The notes beneath the pieces were generated by a model. The model searched no databases, was not told the origin of the DNA, and saw only the letters and a list, made by a program, of their open reading frames with translations. Position numbers and translations under genes: made by a program. Positions 27,766-38,541 of a DNA stretch of 64,000 nucleotides are shown piece after piece. The stretch comes from Alphaproteobacteria bacterium (GTDB lineage Bacteria; Pseudomonadota; Alphaproteobacteria; Rs-D84), in the NCBI GenBank assembly GCA_015062525.1, contig SUUM01000004.1, positions 24,547 through 88,546 of the forward strand, read 5' to 3'. Position 1 is the first letter of the stretch; every line of letters starts with the position of its first letter.

Positions 27766-30762
27766 ATGAAGGGAATTAAACTGCTTTTGGCTGTATTGCT
27801 TGCACCGCTTGCGTTTCAAGCGGTGGCGGCTGACAACACATCCGAAATCGCCCGCGCGGCTACGCGTCAAAACACTGGTGGCGGCATCACATCCGCCCGT
27901 CAAAGGGGCAACGCAACCCAACAAAAACCAACCTCAACATCACGTACAAGGAATGCCAACAAATCTGGGTCAACGTCCGTACGTGAACGCACAACCACCA
28001 CACCACGTGATGGCGCAACCACCACACGCACTGCCAAGACCCCCGAAAAAAACGTGTCGGCACGCAACGCGACAAAAATTCAGCCACGAACAATAAAAAC
28101 TGTTGCCCACGCCACACAACCACGTGCCACAACAACGGCACGCGTCGCGACAAAATCACGCGTTGCCACCACCACACCCAAAACACGCGCGCGCAATGCC
28201 ACCGCACCAGCAACAGGCACCGACGTATTAAACCGCGACTTTTCCAAGTGTCGTACGGTATTTTATGACTGTATGGATGAATTCTGCGCGAACAAGGACA
28301 GCCAACTGAAACGTTGCGCATGTTCAGCCCGCATAAACGAATTTGACGGGACTAAACGAAATCTTGCTAATGTAGAGGAAAAACTGCTGGATTTCAGCCA
28401 ACGTCTATTGACTGTCAATATGGACAAAGAAGATGCAATGGCGTTGTACAAACCGACCGAGGGCGAACTGGCCTATGCTACCGAAGACACATCTGCATCT
28501 AAAAAGATGTTGGACGAAATCGCCAAGAAATTAAACACAAGTTTTAACGACAACAACTTTGACCAGGGGTTAAACACCATATCTTTGTCATTAAATATGG
28601 ATTCTGCATTTGATACAGTTGATTCCATGGCGGGCGCATCAACGGCGGCAAAATCCGGCACAGATTTATACATATCCGCCCTGCCCGTATGCCGCGAAAT
28701 GGCGCTTGAGGTTTGCAGTTCCGACGACCTAGCAATCGCAGAAAGCAGTTATCAAATGGCAATTGAAAGCGACTGCAACACAGTAAAAAAATCATACCAA
28801 ACCCAGGTTGACCAGGCCCGCGAACAGGTATTTGAATCAGGCGCCCTGTTGGACATGTCGCGCCTTGACATTCATCAGAAACGAAATTCAGACGACGTAT
28901 TAACCTGCAAACGCAAGATGCTGGATATGCTAACCGATTCGACCGTCTGTGGCACAGACATGGGCAAATGCCTGGATACCACGGGGCGATACATTGACCC
29001 CACAACGGGCAAGGCGTTCCTGACAACGGAATTGGCAAACCTTGCTACATTAATAACACACCCCGAAACAGGTCAAACATGGCGCACCGCCCCTGGCAAT
29101 GACCGCTTCGTCACATTTTTAAATTCAAAAAAGAAGTTCTTAGAACCCGCCATGGAAAATTGCCAAGATATTTCCGACTATGTTTGGGACGAATTTATTA
29201 ACGACGCATTGGCACAAATCAAATTAGCCCAAGACAAAAAACTGGAAGAAATGCGCCAATCATGCACCACATTAACAACCCAATGTCTGGCAGAAACATA
29301 CGATTCGATTACAGAATTTGATGCACGTGCCCTATCAATTTTTGGCGTTGCCGCCGACAAAACCGTTAATGCTATGTGCGCTGACGTACAAACTGCATGC
29401 ACAGCATTAATGGAAACATCGGGCGGCGGTACAGATTGGCAATCCGGCATGACCGCAATCGCAACAGAAAAAACATATGAAACTATCCTGCAAACATGTC
29501 GTGAAGTTGGGCGCACCTGCATCATCCAAACATGCTCATCAATATCCGGCAACTTTGGGCTGTGTGAAAACATAGACACATCAATTAACCGCAAATCAAT
29601 AATCAACCGCAGTGCCTGCTGGAACGAAGTTGTCGCCTGTATTGCCAGTGCCGGTGCAGATTCCCTGACAAAAATTCAGTCACTGCATGCTTTGGACACA
29701 ATTAGAAACTCGGTTTCGGACACAACCGGCAATTCAACGGTAAATCGCCCAAATACATTCCGCACATTTTATGGCGAAATGTACGGCATAACAAATGCGG
29801 AAGATATTACCGTATCATTATCAGACACCGACACCATAACCCCATGTATCAGCAATGATGACACAAACTGTGTTTATGACATATGCACCACAGAATGTGC
29901 AAACGCAACCGAACAATCACCCGTTCCCACCGAATGTTATACATGTCGTCTGGCGGAACGTATTTGGGGCAATTGCGAAGCACCATCAAACACAGAATTG
30001 ACCAATACGCAACCCAACATCGACGGCAATGAAACAAGTGCTACATATCACAACCGCATTAAAACGAATGCGGACACCCTGTTGGCATGGTTTGCAGAAA
30101 ACACAGGAACCGACGGTTTAACCGACAGCTGTCGCGACACCAGTTGTCGCCCAGGCTATAAACTGGCCAACAATGGTTCATGTGTACCACCAGCCCTTAT
30201 TGCAGACAACGGTGAAACGTGCACAACTACTGATGATTACAGATATAATATCTACGACGATTATTCAGCATGTTGCGAAAGTGGCAAGAAAGATTATTAT
30301 GGCAACTGCTGCGAAGAAGAAGTCGCCAACCTCAACAACACAATAACCACACAAAACGACGACATATACTTTGGTGAAAAAGTCGTCAGTAAGATTTGCG
30401 CAACCCCAACCGCCAATTTGGCAAACCTGGTTGTTCGTTATACAGCCGACGACAAAACATATGATTTGATATGCCAAGGCGACATAACCTGGACAGGCAA
30501 TGAAGAAATCGGCTATCCAAACGGCAAAACCGTACATTGTAATGGCGAACTGGTACGCATTGACACAGACGGACACTATGATTCACCCCTAGGAACAAAT
30601 GGCATAACCGTATCAAATTATTACCTCGACCATGGACTCACATATAAATATGCTGGCACCCAACAGGGTAATATGTGGAATAACTGCGGTACAACATCAC
30701 AACCACAAACAACAGAAAATATTATAAATTGGTCAATTAAATACACAGAAGTATGTAATTAA
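27766..30762 (+). CDS. large secreted Cys-rich protein, paralog B (unknown function)
   Basis: Signal peptide MKGIKLLLAVLLAPLAFQAVA; T/R/A-rich disordered region; Cys-rich domain alignable with paralog A (CRTVFYDCMDEFC / CKNTYFSCMDQFC, etc.). Confidence 0.7.
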   Translation: MKGIKLLLAVLLAPLAFQAVAADNTSEIARAATRQNTGGGITSARQRGNATQQKPTSTSRTRNANKSGSTSVRERTTTTPRDGATTTRTAKTPEKNVSARNATKIQPRTIKTVAHATQPRATTTARVATKSRVATTTPKTRARNATAPATGTDVLNRDFSKCRTVFYDCMDEFCANKDSQLKRCACSARINEFDGTKRNLANVEEKLLDFSQRLLTVNMDKEDAMALYKPTEGELAYATEDTSASKKMLDEIAKKLNTSFNDNNFDQGLNTISLSLNMDSAFDTVDSMAGASTAAKSGTDLYISALPVCREMALEVCSSDDLAIAESSYQMAIESDCNTVKKSYQTQVDQAREQVFESGALLDMSRLDIHQKRNSDDVLTCKRKMLDMLTDSTVCGTDMGKCLDTTGRYIDPTTGKAFLTTELANLATLITHPETGQTWRTAPGNDRFVTFLNSKKKFLEPAMENCQDISDYVWDEFINDALAQIKLAQDKKLEEMRQSCTTLTTQCLAETYDSITEFDARALSIFGVAADKTVNAMCADVQTACTALMETSGGGTDWQSGMTAIATEKTYETILQTCREVGRTCIIQTCSSISGNFGLCENIDTSINRKSIINRSACWNEVVACIASAGADSLTKIQSLHALDTIRNSVSDTTGNSTVNRPNTFRTFYGEMYGITNAEDITVSLSDTDTITPCISNDDTNCVYDICTTECANATEQSPVPTECYTCRLAERIWGNCEAPSNTELTNTQPNIDGNETSATYHNRIKTNADTLLAWFAENTGTDGLTDSCRDTSCRPGYKLANNGSCVPPALIADNGETCTTTDDYRYNIYDDYSACCESGKKDYYGNCCEEEVANLNNTITTQNDDIYFGEKVVSKICATPTANLANLVVRYTADDKTYDLICQGDITWTGNEEIGYPNGKTVHCNGELVRIDTDGHYDSPLGTNGITVSNYYLDHGLTYKYAGTQQGNMWNNCGTTSQPQTTENIINWSIKYTEVCN

Positions 30763-30842
30763 AAAAATCCAACACACTAAAATGTTGGATTTTTTTATTG
30801 CTCGAAATATAATTATCAGCTATGCTTGTACTATAATAAATC

Positions 30843-31835
30843 ATGACAAGGATTTACGCATTTTTTTTCATATTATTATGCACGCATTCCATAGCATACG
30901 CGGTTGGCGTTGGTGGTGTTTGTGACCCATCAGGGTCTGCAGAACAACAATGTGACAACAACTTGTACTGCAATGAAATGGATGAATGCCAACGATGCCC
31001 AGTCTCATACCCAAATTCCATCCAGGGACAAAACAACATGATAGAATCATGTTATACAAACTGCGGCGCCAAACCCAATTTTTATCATGGCACATGGTTA
31101 CCAGATGATTCTACGGTATATTATGGAGATGTATGTCAATACACTAACAGCGATAATATCTCATGCGATAATTCAGCAGACCCGTGCATCGGATTTCACC
31201 TTGAAGGAACGGGCGACAATTCAAGGTGCGTTTCAAATATTACCGAATGTGAATCAGGATTCAAGATATACGATTCTGCCACATCTGGCTGGGGCGAATG
31301 CCTTATAACAGAATGCGAATCGGGATATCATCTGGAAATCACCGGCCGCATGTGCGAACAAAATCATGGGAACTGCGTTTCAGATACACACACATGTGAA
31401 TCTGAATTAACATGCGACTACGGGGAAATAACGGGAACATTTCACTGGCAAGAAAATGCATATGACTATTCTGAGTGCGAGTGCACCGGACCGGTAAATC
31501 TAAACCATGGCACAGGTACCAAACTTTGCACATGGGACAACAACTCATGGTCCAACTGTCAAATAACATTAGAAACATGTATTGCAGGTTATTGGCAGGG
31601 CGAATCTGAAAATCCAACAGATTGCACCCAGGTTTCTGCGGGTTATTATTCAGCCGAAAACGAACTTACCCGCTATGCATGTCCTGCGGGCTCGACATCC
31701 GCAGCGGGTTCAACCGACATAACCGCTTGCTATATGACCGGTGGCACAACACAAATTTGTGATGGGGACACCCCTGCAAATTGTTTCACCCTGCCCGACA
31801 ACGTCGGCTCAATCTATTATCACGGCGCCCAATAA
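30843..31835 (+). CDS. secreted Cys-rich protein with repeated CESG(Y/F) modules
   Basis: Signal peptide; repeats ITECESGFKIYD / ITECESGYHLEI / THTCESELTCDY; ~10% Cys. Confidence 0.55.
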   Translation: MTRIYAFFFILLCTHSIAYAVGVGGVCDPSGSAEQQCDNNLYCNEMDECQRCPVSYPNSIQGQNNMIESCYTNCGAKPNFYHGTWLPDDSTVYYGDVCQYTNSDNISCDNSADPCIGFHLEGTGDNSRCVSNITECESGFKIYDSATSGWGECLITECESGYHLEITGRMCEQNHGNCVSDTHTCESELTCDYGEITGTFHWQENAYDYSECECTGPVNLNHGTGTKLCTWDNNSWSNCQITLETCIAGYWQGESENPTDCTQVSAGYYSAENELTRYACPAGSTSAAGSTDITACYMTGGTTQICDGDTPANCFTLPDNVGSIYYHGAQ

Positions 31836-31898
31836 TTTTCCCAAAATCCAGACCCACGCACACCTTCGTTTACGCAGGTGGACATAGGCAGAATTTTT

Positions 31899-32420
31899 TT
31901 ACCATAATTTGATATTATCAATCACACCATGAATCAATTCTAACTGTTGTGGCCCGAATTTCCCCAGCACCCAATCCGCCGGATCCATTGGCAAACCAAA
32001 ATCACGCGGATGCCCAATACCAATCCTTATACGCCGGTAATCGCGTCCAACGTGCGCATCAATTGAACGAATACCATTGTGCCCGGCGCTACCCCCACCA
32101 ATTTTTTCGCGGCAATTACCAACCGTAATATCCATATCATCATGGATTACAATTAAATTTTCCAATGGTACCTTATAAAAAGCCATCAATGCCCCAACCG
32201 CCACGCCACTGTTATTCATAAACGTCTGGGGTTTTACAAATATCACACGTCGTCCATCAATATCCATGCGGACGGTTAACGCATCTTTTTCGTTTTTCCA
32301 CGTTGCCCCCGCCCCCGCCAGGCAATCCACCGCCATAAATCCAACATTATGACGCGTATTGGCATACCCCGCCCCGGGATTACCCAATCCAACAACTAAA
32401 AACGGTTTATTTTCTTGCAT
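31899..32420 (-). CDS. pth: peptidyl-tRNA hydrolase
   Basis: FLVVGLGNPGAGYANTRHNVGFMAVD motif; start at MQENKPF (32420) within the longer ORF. Confidence 0.85.
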   Translation of the reverse strand: MQENKPFLVVGLGNPGAGYANTRHNVGFMAVDCLAGAGATWKNEKDALTVRMDIDGRRVIFVKPQTFMNNSGVAVGALMAFYKVPLENLIVIHDDMDITVGNCREKIGGGSAGHNGIRSIDAHVGRDYRRIRIGIGHPRDFGLPMDPADWVLGKFGPQQLELIHGVIDNIKLW

Positions 32421-32466
32421 ATTTACCACTCTTTTTTTTATTATAGTATCACAGAAAGGAGAAAAC

Positions 32467-33006
32467 ATGAACACAAAATCATTCGCTATTTTAACCGCCA
32501 CCACCATTATGTTATCAGCGGGCGCGGCAAACGCAAACATGTTATTCGATATTTATGCCGGTGGCACATACGGTTTTGGTGGCTATACAATGTACACGGG
32601 CGACCACGACATTTCAAAATCTGCCCAATCTTATGGCGCGGTTTTGGGTATGGACATCCCGATGTTCCGCGTAGAACTGGAATACAACTACCTGGATGCA
32701 GATGCATTAAACATAAACACAGGCTTTGTAAATGCATACTTTAAAATCCCAACCCCAATTGTAAAGCCATACATAGGCGCGGGTATTGGTTCTACATTTG
32801 ACAGCAAATATGAACCAACGCACGGCATAAAAACAGACATTGACGATGTAATGGCATACCAGGGTATGTTGGGTATTACACTGAATCTGCCGGTTATACC
32901 ATTTAATATCGACGTCGAAGGTCGCGTTATGTACGCCCCAGATATTATGACGGACATTGACCTGTTGCAATACGAAGGACGCGCAAAACTGCGATATGTA
33001 TTTTAA
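32467..33006 (+). CDS. small outer-membrane beta-barrel protein (OmpW/opacity-like)
   Basis: GGAG RBS; signal peptide ending ANA; ~180 aa with alternating hydrophobic strands and C-terminal YVF. Confidence 0.55.
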   Translation: MNTKSFAILTATTIMLSAGAANANMLFDIYAGGTYGFGGYTMYTGDHDISKSAQSYGAVLGMDIPMFRVELEYNYLDADALNINTGFVNAYFKIPTPIVKPYIGAGIGSTFDSKYEPTHGIKTDIDDVMAYQGMLGITLNLPVIPFNIDVEGRVMYAPDIMTDIDLLQYEGRAKLRYVF

Positions 33007-33064
33007 TTAATAAATGGGGGGGCGTATGCCCCCCAAACTAACTGAACCACGGGAAGAAATTCAT

Positions 33065-35833
33065 ATGCTGACATTAATTGACGGAAATTCACTTTTATTT
33101 CGCGCATACTATGGTGTACACAGTCGCCTAACACGCGCAGACGGCACCCCAACCGGTGCGGTATATGGATTTTTTAATATGATTTTGCCAATTTTGGCAT
33201 CTGCAAAACCGGACGACGCATTTGTATGCGTATTTGACGCATCACGCATCACATTTCGCCAGGGTATTTACCCAGAATACAAAATGAATCGTTCTGAAAC
33301 ACCCGCCGATTTAATTGTCCAGGGGCAAATGATTCAGTCCGGTCTGATATCCATGGGCATGCCCGTCCTGTGCGTCCCTGGGGTCGAAGCAGACGATGTT
33401 ATCGCCACCCTTGCACGCAATAATTGTACCGAACCAAATGCCACCCGCATTATCACCAGCGACAAAGATTTAATGCAACTGGTGTCCGACTGCGTATTTT
33501 TATATGACGGCATGAAGAATCGCGAAATTCGCGAGCCCGAAGTTTTGGAAAAATTCGGTGTTAAACCACATCAGGTAATTGATGTTCAATCCCTGATGGG
33601 CGATTCGTCCGATAATGTACCCGGGGTCCCCGGCATTGGTCCGAAAAAGGCATCAGAACTTATCAACCAATTTAGCACCCTGGACAATTTATATGCAAAT
33701 CTGAACGACGTCAAAAACGAACGTATTCGCAATCTGTTGCGCGACAACCGCGAAATGGCATATATATCCAGACAGTTGGTATCTTTAAAGACAGATGTTG
33801 ATTTATCCGGGTTGACGATTACACCATTTCGGTTTAACACACCGGGCGCACTGGAATTTATTCGCACCAATGTGGAAAGTAATTCCCTGGTCACAAAAAT
33901 TGAAAAATTATTCCCAATTGAAAAAAATTCACCGACCACACCCGCATTTAATTTTCCCGGCAACGCATGTGATATACCTGATAATCCGCCCACAACCACA
34001 CAAACAAAAAAACGCGACATCAAATGCGAAACAATTACGACTGTTGCGGCATTGGACAAATATCTGGGCAAAATCGATAAGATATTGGCACTAGACACGG
34101 AAACAACGGGCCTGAACCACACAGTCGACAAAATTGTTGGTATATCATTGGCAATAGACGACACACACGGCGCATACATTCCGATTCGCCACCGTGTTGG
34201 CACACCCGACCTTTTTGGAGGCAATACAATCGCACCAAATCAACTTGATATAGATACGGTGCGCGAAAAATTATGGCCAATATTAACAAATCCAAACATC
34301 GTCAAAATTGGACACAACCTGAAATACGATTTGCATATTATGGCGAACGAAGGTTGGGAAACAACACAAATTCATCCCATTGACGACACAATGCTGTTAT
34401 CATATGCATTGCACGGCACCCGCCATGGACATGGGCTGGACGAATTGGCGCTGATGTACCTGGGACATGAAAACATTAAATTCGCATCCCTGTTTCCACC
34501 AAAAACCCGCGATGAAGCCATGCGATTTGACCAATTGTTAATCGCGGACGCATGCCTGTATGCCGCCGAAGATGCATGTATCTGTCGCGCACTGTATGAT
34601 TTAATGCGTCCTGAATTAAACGCGGACGACAAATTACGCAAATTATATGAAACATGCGACCTGCCATTAATGCCGATATTAATGCAAATGGAACGCGCGG
34701 GTGTATTGGCCGACCGGGCGAAATTACAACACCTGTCCACCGTATTCCATGAGCAATTGCAAAAATTACAGACCGATATTTGGCAACTGGCCGGGCACGA
34801 ATTTAATATAGCAAGCCCCAAACAACTGGGTGCAGTACTGTTCGATGAATTACATTTGCCGGCAAATAAAAAGCGTTCCACAGACGCCGATTCATTAAAC
34901 GATTTAATTGATGCCCACGAAATCATTGAAAAAATACTAAATTGGCGTTCAATCGCAAAACTTGCCGGAACATACGCGGACGCATTGCCGCGCCAAATTG
35001 CACACGACGGTCGTATTCATACAACCTATCTTCAAACCAGTACCAACACCGGCCGCCTGTCCAGTCGCGATCCAAACCTGCAAAACATACCGATTAAAAC
35101 CGAACTAGGCGAAGAAATCAGGAAATGCTTCATCGCCGCCCCCGGTTATACGTTGATTTCGGTGGATTATTCCCAGATTCAATTGCGCCTGTTGGCGGAT
35201 TTGGCAGACGTTCAAACATTCAAAGAAACATTTAATAATAACGCAGACATCCACGAACAAACCGCCCGCAAAATATTTGACATCCCGTCCGACCAACCGG
35301 TCCCGCGCGATTTGCGTCGTGCGGCAAAAACCGTGAACTTTTCAATTATTTATGGCATATCATCATTTGGCCTGTCATCCCAATTGGGCGTATCACAAAC
35401 CGACGCACAAAACATTATTAACACCTATATGGCGGGATTACCCGAAATCCGCGAATACATTGAAAAAACAAAACAATTCGCATTGGCGCACGCCTGTGTG
35501 TACACCCCTTGGGGACGGCGAATTGAATTGCCAGACGTAAAAAATCCGCGTATGCGTGCATACGCTATGCGTGCGGCAATCAACGCCCCAATCCAGGGAT
35601 TCGAAGCCGACCTGATGCGACGCGCCATGGTTGAAGTTGATAAAAACATCATTCGCCCCAACGCCGATAAAATTCGTATGATTATGCAGGTACACGATGA
35701 AATCGTATTTGAATGCAAATCTGAATTTGCCGATGAATTTGCCCATAAAATAAAATCAGCCATGGAACACATAACAAAACTATCTGTTCCATTGGTGGCT
35801 GAATTTACAATTGGCACCGCATGGGGCAAATAA
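33065..35833 (+). CDS. polA: DNA polymerase I
   Basis: 5'-3' exonuclease, 3'-5' exonuclease and pol A family palm motifs (LSSRDPNLQNIP, VHDEIVFE); ORF begins at 33014 but MLTLIDGNSL at 33065 is the conserved start. Confidence 0.9.
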   Translation: MLTLIDGNSLLFRAYYGVHSRLTRADGTPTGAVYGFFNMILPILASAKPDDAFVCVFDASRITFRQGIYPEYKMNRSETPADLIVQGQMIQSGLISMGMPVLCVPGVEADDVIATLARNNCTEPNATRIITSDKDLMQLVSDCVFLYDGMKNREIREPEVLEKFGVKPHQVIDVQSLMGDSSDNVPGVPGIGPKKASELINQFSTLDNLYANLNDVKNERIRNLLRDNREMAYISRQLVSLKTDVDLSGLTITPFRFNTPGALEFIRTNVESNSLVTKIEKLFPIEKNSPTTPAFNFPGNACDIPDNPPTTTQTKKRDIKCETITTVAALDKYLGKIDKILALDTETTGLNHTVDKIVGISLAIDDTHGAYIPIRHRVGTPDLFGGNTIAPNQLDIDTVREKLWPILTNPNIVKIGHNLKYDLHIMANEGWETTQIHPIDDTMLLSYALHGTRHGHGLDELALMYLGHENIKFASLFPPKTRDEAMRFDQLLIADACLYAAEDACICRALYDLMRPELNADDKLRKLYETCDLPLMPILMQMERAGVLADRAKLQHLSTVFHEQLQKLQTDIWQLAGHEFNIASPKQLGAVLFDELHLPANKKRSTDADSLNDLIDAHEIIEKILNWRSIAKLAGTYADALPRQIAHDGRIHTTYLQTSTNTGRLSSRDPNLQNIPIKTELGEEIRKCFIAAPGYTLISVDYSQIQLRLLADLADVQTFKETFNNNADIHEQTARKIFDIPSDQPVPRDLRRAAKTVNFSIIYGISSFGLSSQLGVSQTDAQNIINTYMAGLPEIREYIEKTKQFALAHACVYTPWGRRIELPDVKNPRMRAYAMRAAINAPIQGFEADLMRRAMVEVDKNIIRPNADKIRMIMQVHDEIVFECKSEFADEFAHKIKSAMEHITKLSVPLVAEFTIGTAWGK

Positions 35834-35859
35834 TCCCATTAATAATTCGTTTGCTTAGA

Positions 35860-36060
35860 TAAATAAAAGTTTAGTGGTTAGTGTAAGTGCTAGTGGTTAG
35901 TGGATGTGTGCGGCGAATGCCGCACATTATAGTGCCATCACTTACCACTTGCACTAACCACTAAACTTTTATTTAGCGAAGTAATCATGGATTCCGCCAC
36001 TTACCACTAACCACTTACACTAACCACTTGCACTAACCACTAAAAAAATCCCCCAAACGG
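35860..36060. repeat. palindromic repeat element copy plus an extra half-copy (ttagtggttagtg family)
   Basis: Near-identical to 6714..6846; followed by a bidirectional terminator at 36041..36074. Confidence 0.8.
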
Positions 36061-36076
36061 GGGATTTTTATTAACA

Positions 36077-37672
36077 TTAAAACAATTTGAACTTGTAATT
36101 TGTTCCTGCACGGAATGTAACATTTGAATCCGCTAAACCGGCCGCCGCATTCACGGACCAGTTATCGCTCAGACCCATTGCCGCACCCAATGCAATCGCG
36201 GATTGACTGTTGTAATAGCCATAACCACCACCAACAGACACTTCGCCCTTGCCTACGCCAGACACCGCAACCGACGACATAGCGGCCGCACTTGCGATAC
36301 CAGCAGACAAATCTTCTTCCAGTGCATCGACCTTTTTATCCGTATAATCATAGGCGGACTTTAATGCCAATTCATTCTTGGAATCAACATATGCCTTGGC
36401 GGATGCCAACGTCATTTCATCGCCCGCAATACGATTTGCAACCTCTTCTTCAATTGCAGTCTTGTTTGCTGCAATGTTTGTTGCGTTTGTTTCAATCGCA
36501 ACCTTGTTTGCAGACACTGCGTCATCAATCGCATTGATCGCACCACTGAATGTTGCTTCATCGCCTGCAATTTCACCGGTCAACGCATCTGACACGGCAT
36601 CTGATTTTGCTGATTCAATCCCCAGCGTGTTGTCAACCCACTGTTGCTTTTCCGCAAAGATATATTCTGCTTCATCGCGCATGGAATCCAATGCAACATC
36701 AATCGCACCATTATCCGCCAATGCATTATCAATTTCTGCCTTGGCACCATTTGTAATTGTTTCCAGAATTGGCGCATCATAGACGTCTTTTGCTGCCTGA
36801 TACAATTCACCATTTGCAACATATGCATCTGCCGCCAGCTGTTTCGCCGCCTGTGCCTCTGCTAACTTAGTCGTTGCTTCGCCAACAGTTGCAAAATAAC
36901 CATCCAGTTCTGCGATTTTTGCACTATCATTTTCGAAAACAGTATTTGCCGCAGCAAAATTAACATCCTCGGTCGCTTTATTCGCAGTGGTCGTGGTCTC
37001 GGCTGTTGCAATATTAGCTTTATCGGCATTATATGCAGCAACCATATTATTAAATTCTGTTTCCAACGCAGAACCAGCAGTCGGCGTCACATCCAAATTT
37101 CTATCATCAACCAATTTTGTACCATCTGCTGACAGATGATATACATAACCGGAATCTTCAACTGTATACAATGTTCCATCAAATTCAACAGCAGTACCAT
37201 TGACAACATCAACCGATGCACCACCCGTGTATGTAGCATCTAATGCAACAACTTCCACCATATCTTGTGCATTTTCGCCCAGTGTTACAGTTTCACCCGC
37301 ACCATTTTTATAGGTGTAATTATCACGGCTGGCGGTTGCACCTGCGGCAATTGTCTGTGTACTTACGATATCGCCCGACGCGGTTGTTGTGCCGGTATAT
37401 GTCGATATATCTGGTGTTCCGTCTTGCAGGCTTTTTGTTGAACCATCTACATCCTTATATGTAAAATCAGTCAAAACCGGGTCTGAATTATATGCAATAC
37501 CCGTCGCGGTTGTACCGTCTGATTTTACGTAATCATACGTTGTACCAGCTACCCCGGCCGAGATATCCATACCACCGTTATATTTACCACCGAATGTGAC
37601 ATCTGTTGCCGCCACGGCTGGGCAAGACATTGCAATTGCAACCAGCGAAGTTAAAACAAAGTGTTTTTTCAT
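36077..37672 (-). CDS. surface adhesin-like protein, possibly a trimeric autotransporter (YadA-like C-terminal anchor)
   Basis: Signal peptide; long Ala/Thr-rich coiled/repetitive passenger; Gly/Ala-rich C-terminal ~80 aa ending FKLF. Confidence 0.5.
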   Translation of the reverse strand: MKKHFVLTSLVAIAMSCPAVAATDVTFGGKYNGGMDISAGVAGTTYDYVKSDGTTATGIAYNSDPVLTDFTYKDVDGSTKSLQDGTPDISTYTGTTTASGDIVSTQTIAAGATASRDNYTYKNGAGETVTLGENAQDMVEVVALDATYTGGASVDVVNGTAVEFDGTLYTVEDSGYVYHLSADGTKLVDDRNLDVTPTAGSALETEFNNMVAAYNADKANIATAETTTTANKATEDVNFAAANTVFENDSAKIAELDGYFATVGEATTKLAEAQAAKQLAADAYVANGELYQAAKDVYDAPILETITNGAKAEIDNALADNGAIDVALDSMRDEAEYIFAEKQQWVDNTLGIESAKSDAVSDALTGEIAGDEATFSGAINAIDDAVSANKVAIETNATNIAANKTAIEEEVANRIAGDEMTLASAKAYVDSKNELALKSAYDYTDKKVDALEEDLSAGIASAAAMSSVAVSGVGKGEVSVGGGYGYYNSQSAIALGAAMGLSDNWSVNAAAGLADSNVTFRAGTNYKFKLF

Positions 37673-37699
37673 TTTCTTTTCCCTTTTTCGTTTAATTAA

Positions 37700-37730
37700 A
37701 CAAAAACCGTCATGGAAATGACGGTCAGGG
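37700..37730 (-). terminator. terminator-like hairpin (CCGTCATTTCCATGACGG + T-tract) 20 nt upstream of the adhesin start codon
   Basis: On the minus strand the hairpin and U-tract immediately precede the RBS; it insulates the gene from rpsB-tsf read-through or acts as a leader attenuator. Confidence 0.5.
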
Positions 37731-37984
37731 GGTTAAGAAAATCATATCGCAGAATGACCTCCGTGGCTTTTACGCGTATGCGCTGTTGTATGGCCACGGA
37801 CCCCCCGACAAAATCGGGCAGAAAATTGCAAAATAAAAAGCGCATCCGCGCCCTGGTTCTTTTATTTTGCCAAAGTCGGATATCAATGCAATATATGCAC
37901 CGCTGCAATAAAGGATTTCTTACGTCCCTGACCCAACATCCCTGTTGGTTCCCAGACATTATAAAATAAACAAAATATAAATTC

Positions 37985-38535
37985 AATTACTTTGATAAAT
38001 AAAAGTTTATCTTACAAAACACGTTAAGTGTTTTGTCATTCCGTGGCTTGACCACGGAACCCAGGTTATGCGCGCAAAGCGCGCACAAATAATAAGGATT
38101 CTATTACCTGGGTCCCGGTGTCAAGCACCGGGATGACAGAATTTTTTTACAAAAATTCTGTTTTTATTTACCCCACTAAACTTTTATTTAGCGAAGTAAT
38201 CATGGATTCCGCCACTTACCACTAACCACTTACACTAACCACTAAAAATCCCCCATTTACCCCGCTAAATAAAAGTTTAGTGAAATATTTAATTGTTAAA
38301 AAAATTAAGAACAGAGACAAGTTCTCCTCCGTGGGAGGAGTACGGCGTAGCCGGGAGGTGGGTTAACCCACCCCGTCCGCTTCGCGTCCACCCCTCCCCG
38401 GGGGCGCATGTGCGCCGCCGACGGAGGGGAACTTTTACCCCGCTAAACTTTTATTTATCGCAGTAATCATGGATTCCGCCACTTACCACTAACCACTTAC
38501 ACTAACCACTAAAAAAATCCCCATTACCGGGGATT
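37985..38535. repeat. composite intergenic repeat region: MITE-like element with ~33-bp TIRs (38035..38165), repeat-element half copies, GC-rich structured insert (38285..38450)
   Basis: TIR tgtcattccgtggcttgaccacggaacccaggt versus acctgggtcccggtgtcaagcaccgggatgaca; GC-rich hairpins ctcctccgtgggaggag and gggaggtgggttaacccacccc. Confidence 0.7.
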
Positions 38536-38541
38536 TTTTTA

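Noticed and set aside
27281-27779. Possible CRISPR array or repetitive protein-coding ORFs across the 52-bp repeats
   Set aside because: The units are contiguous with no unique spacers and the period is exactly 52 bp, so this is a tandem repeat and not CRISPR. The three overlapping ORFs with repeating peptide sequences are translation artefacts of the repeat.
37696-37986. 96-aa minus-strand ORF upstream of the adhesin gene
   Set aside because: It lies in a repeat-rich leader or promoter region with a terminator hairpin, has no RBS and has odd composition, so it is probably non-coding.
38285-38450. GC-rich block as a known structured RNA (tmRNA, RNase P, SRP, group II intron domain)
   Set aside because: No match to the conserved core motifs of these RNAs recalled from memory. 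It is left as an unknown structured insert.
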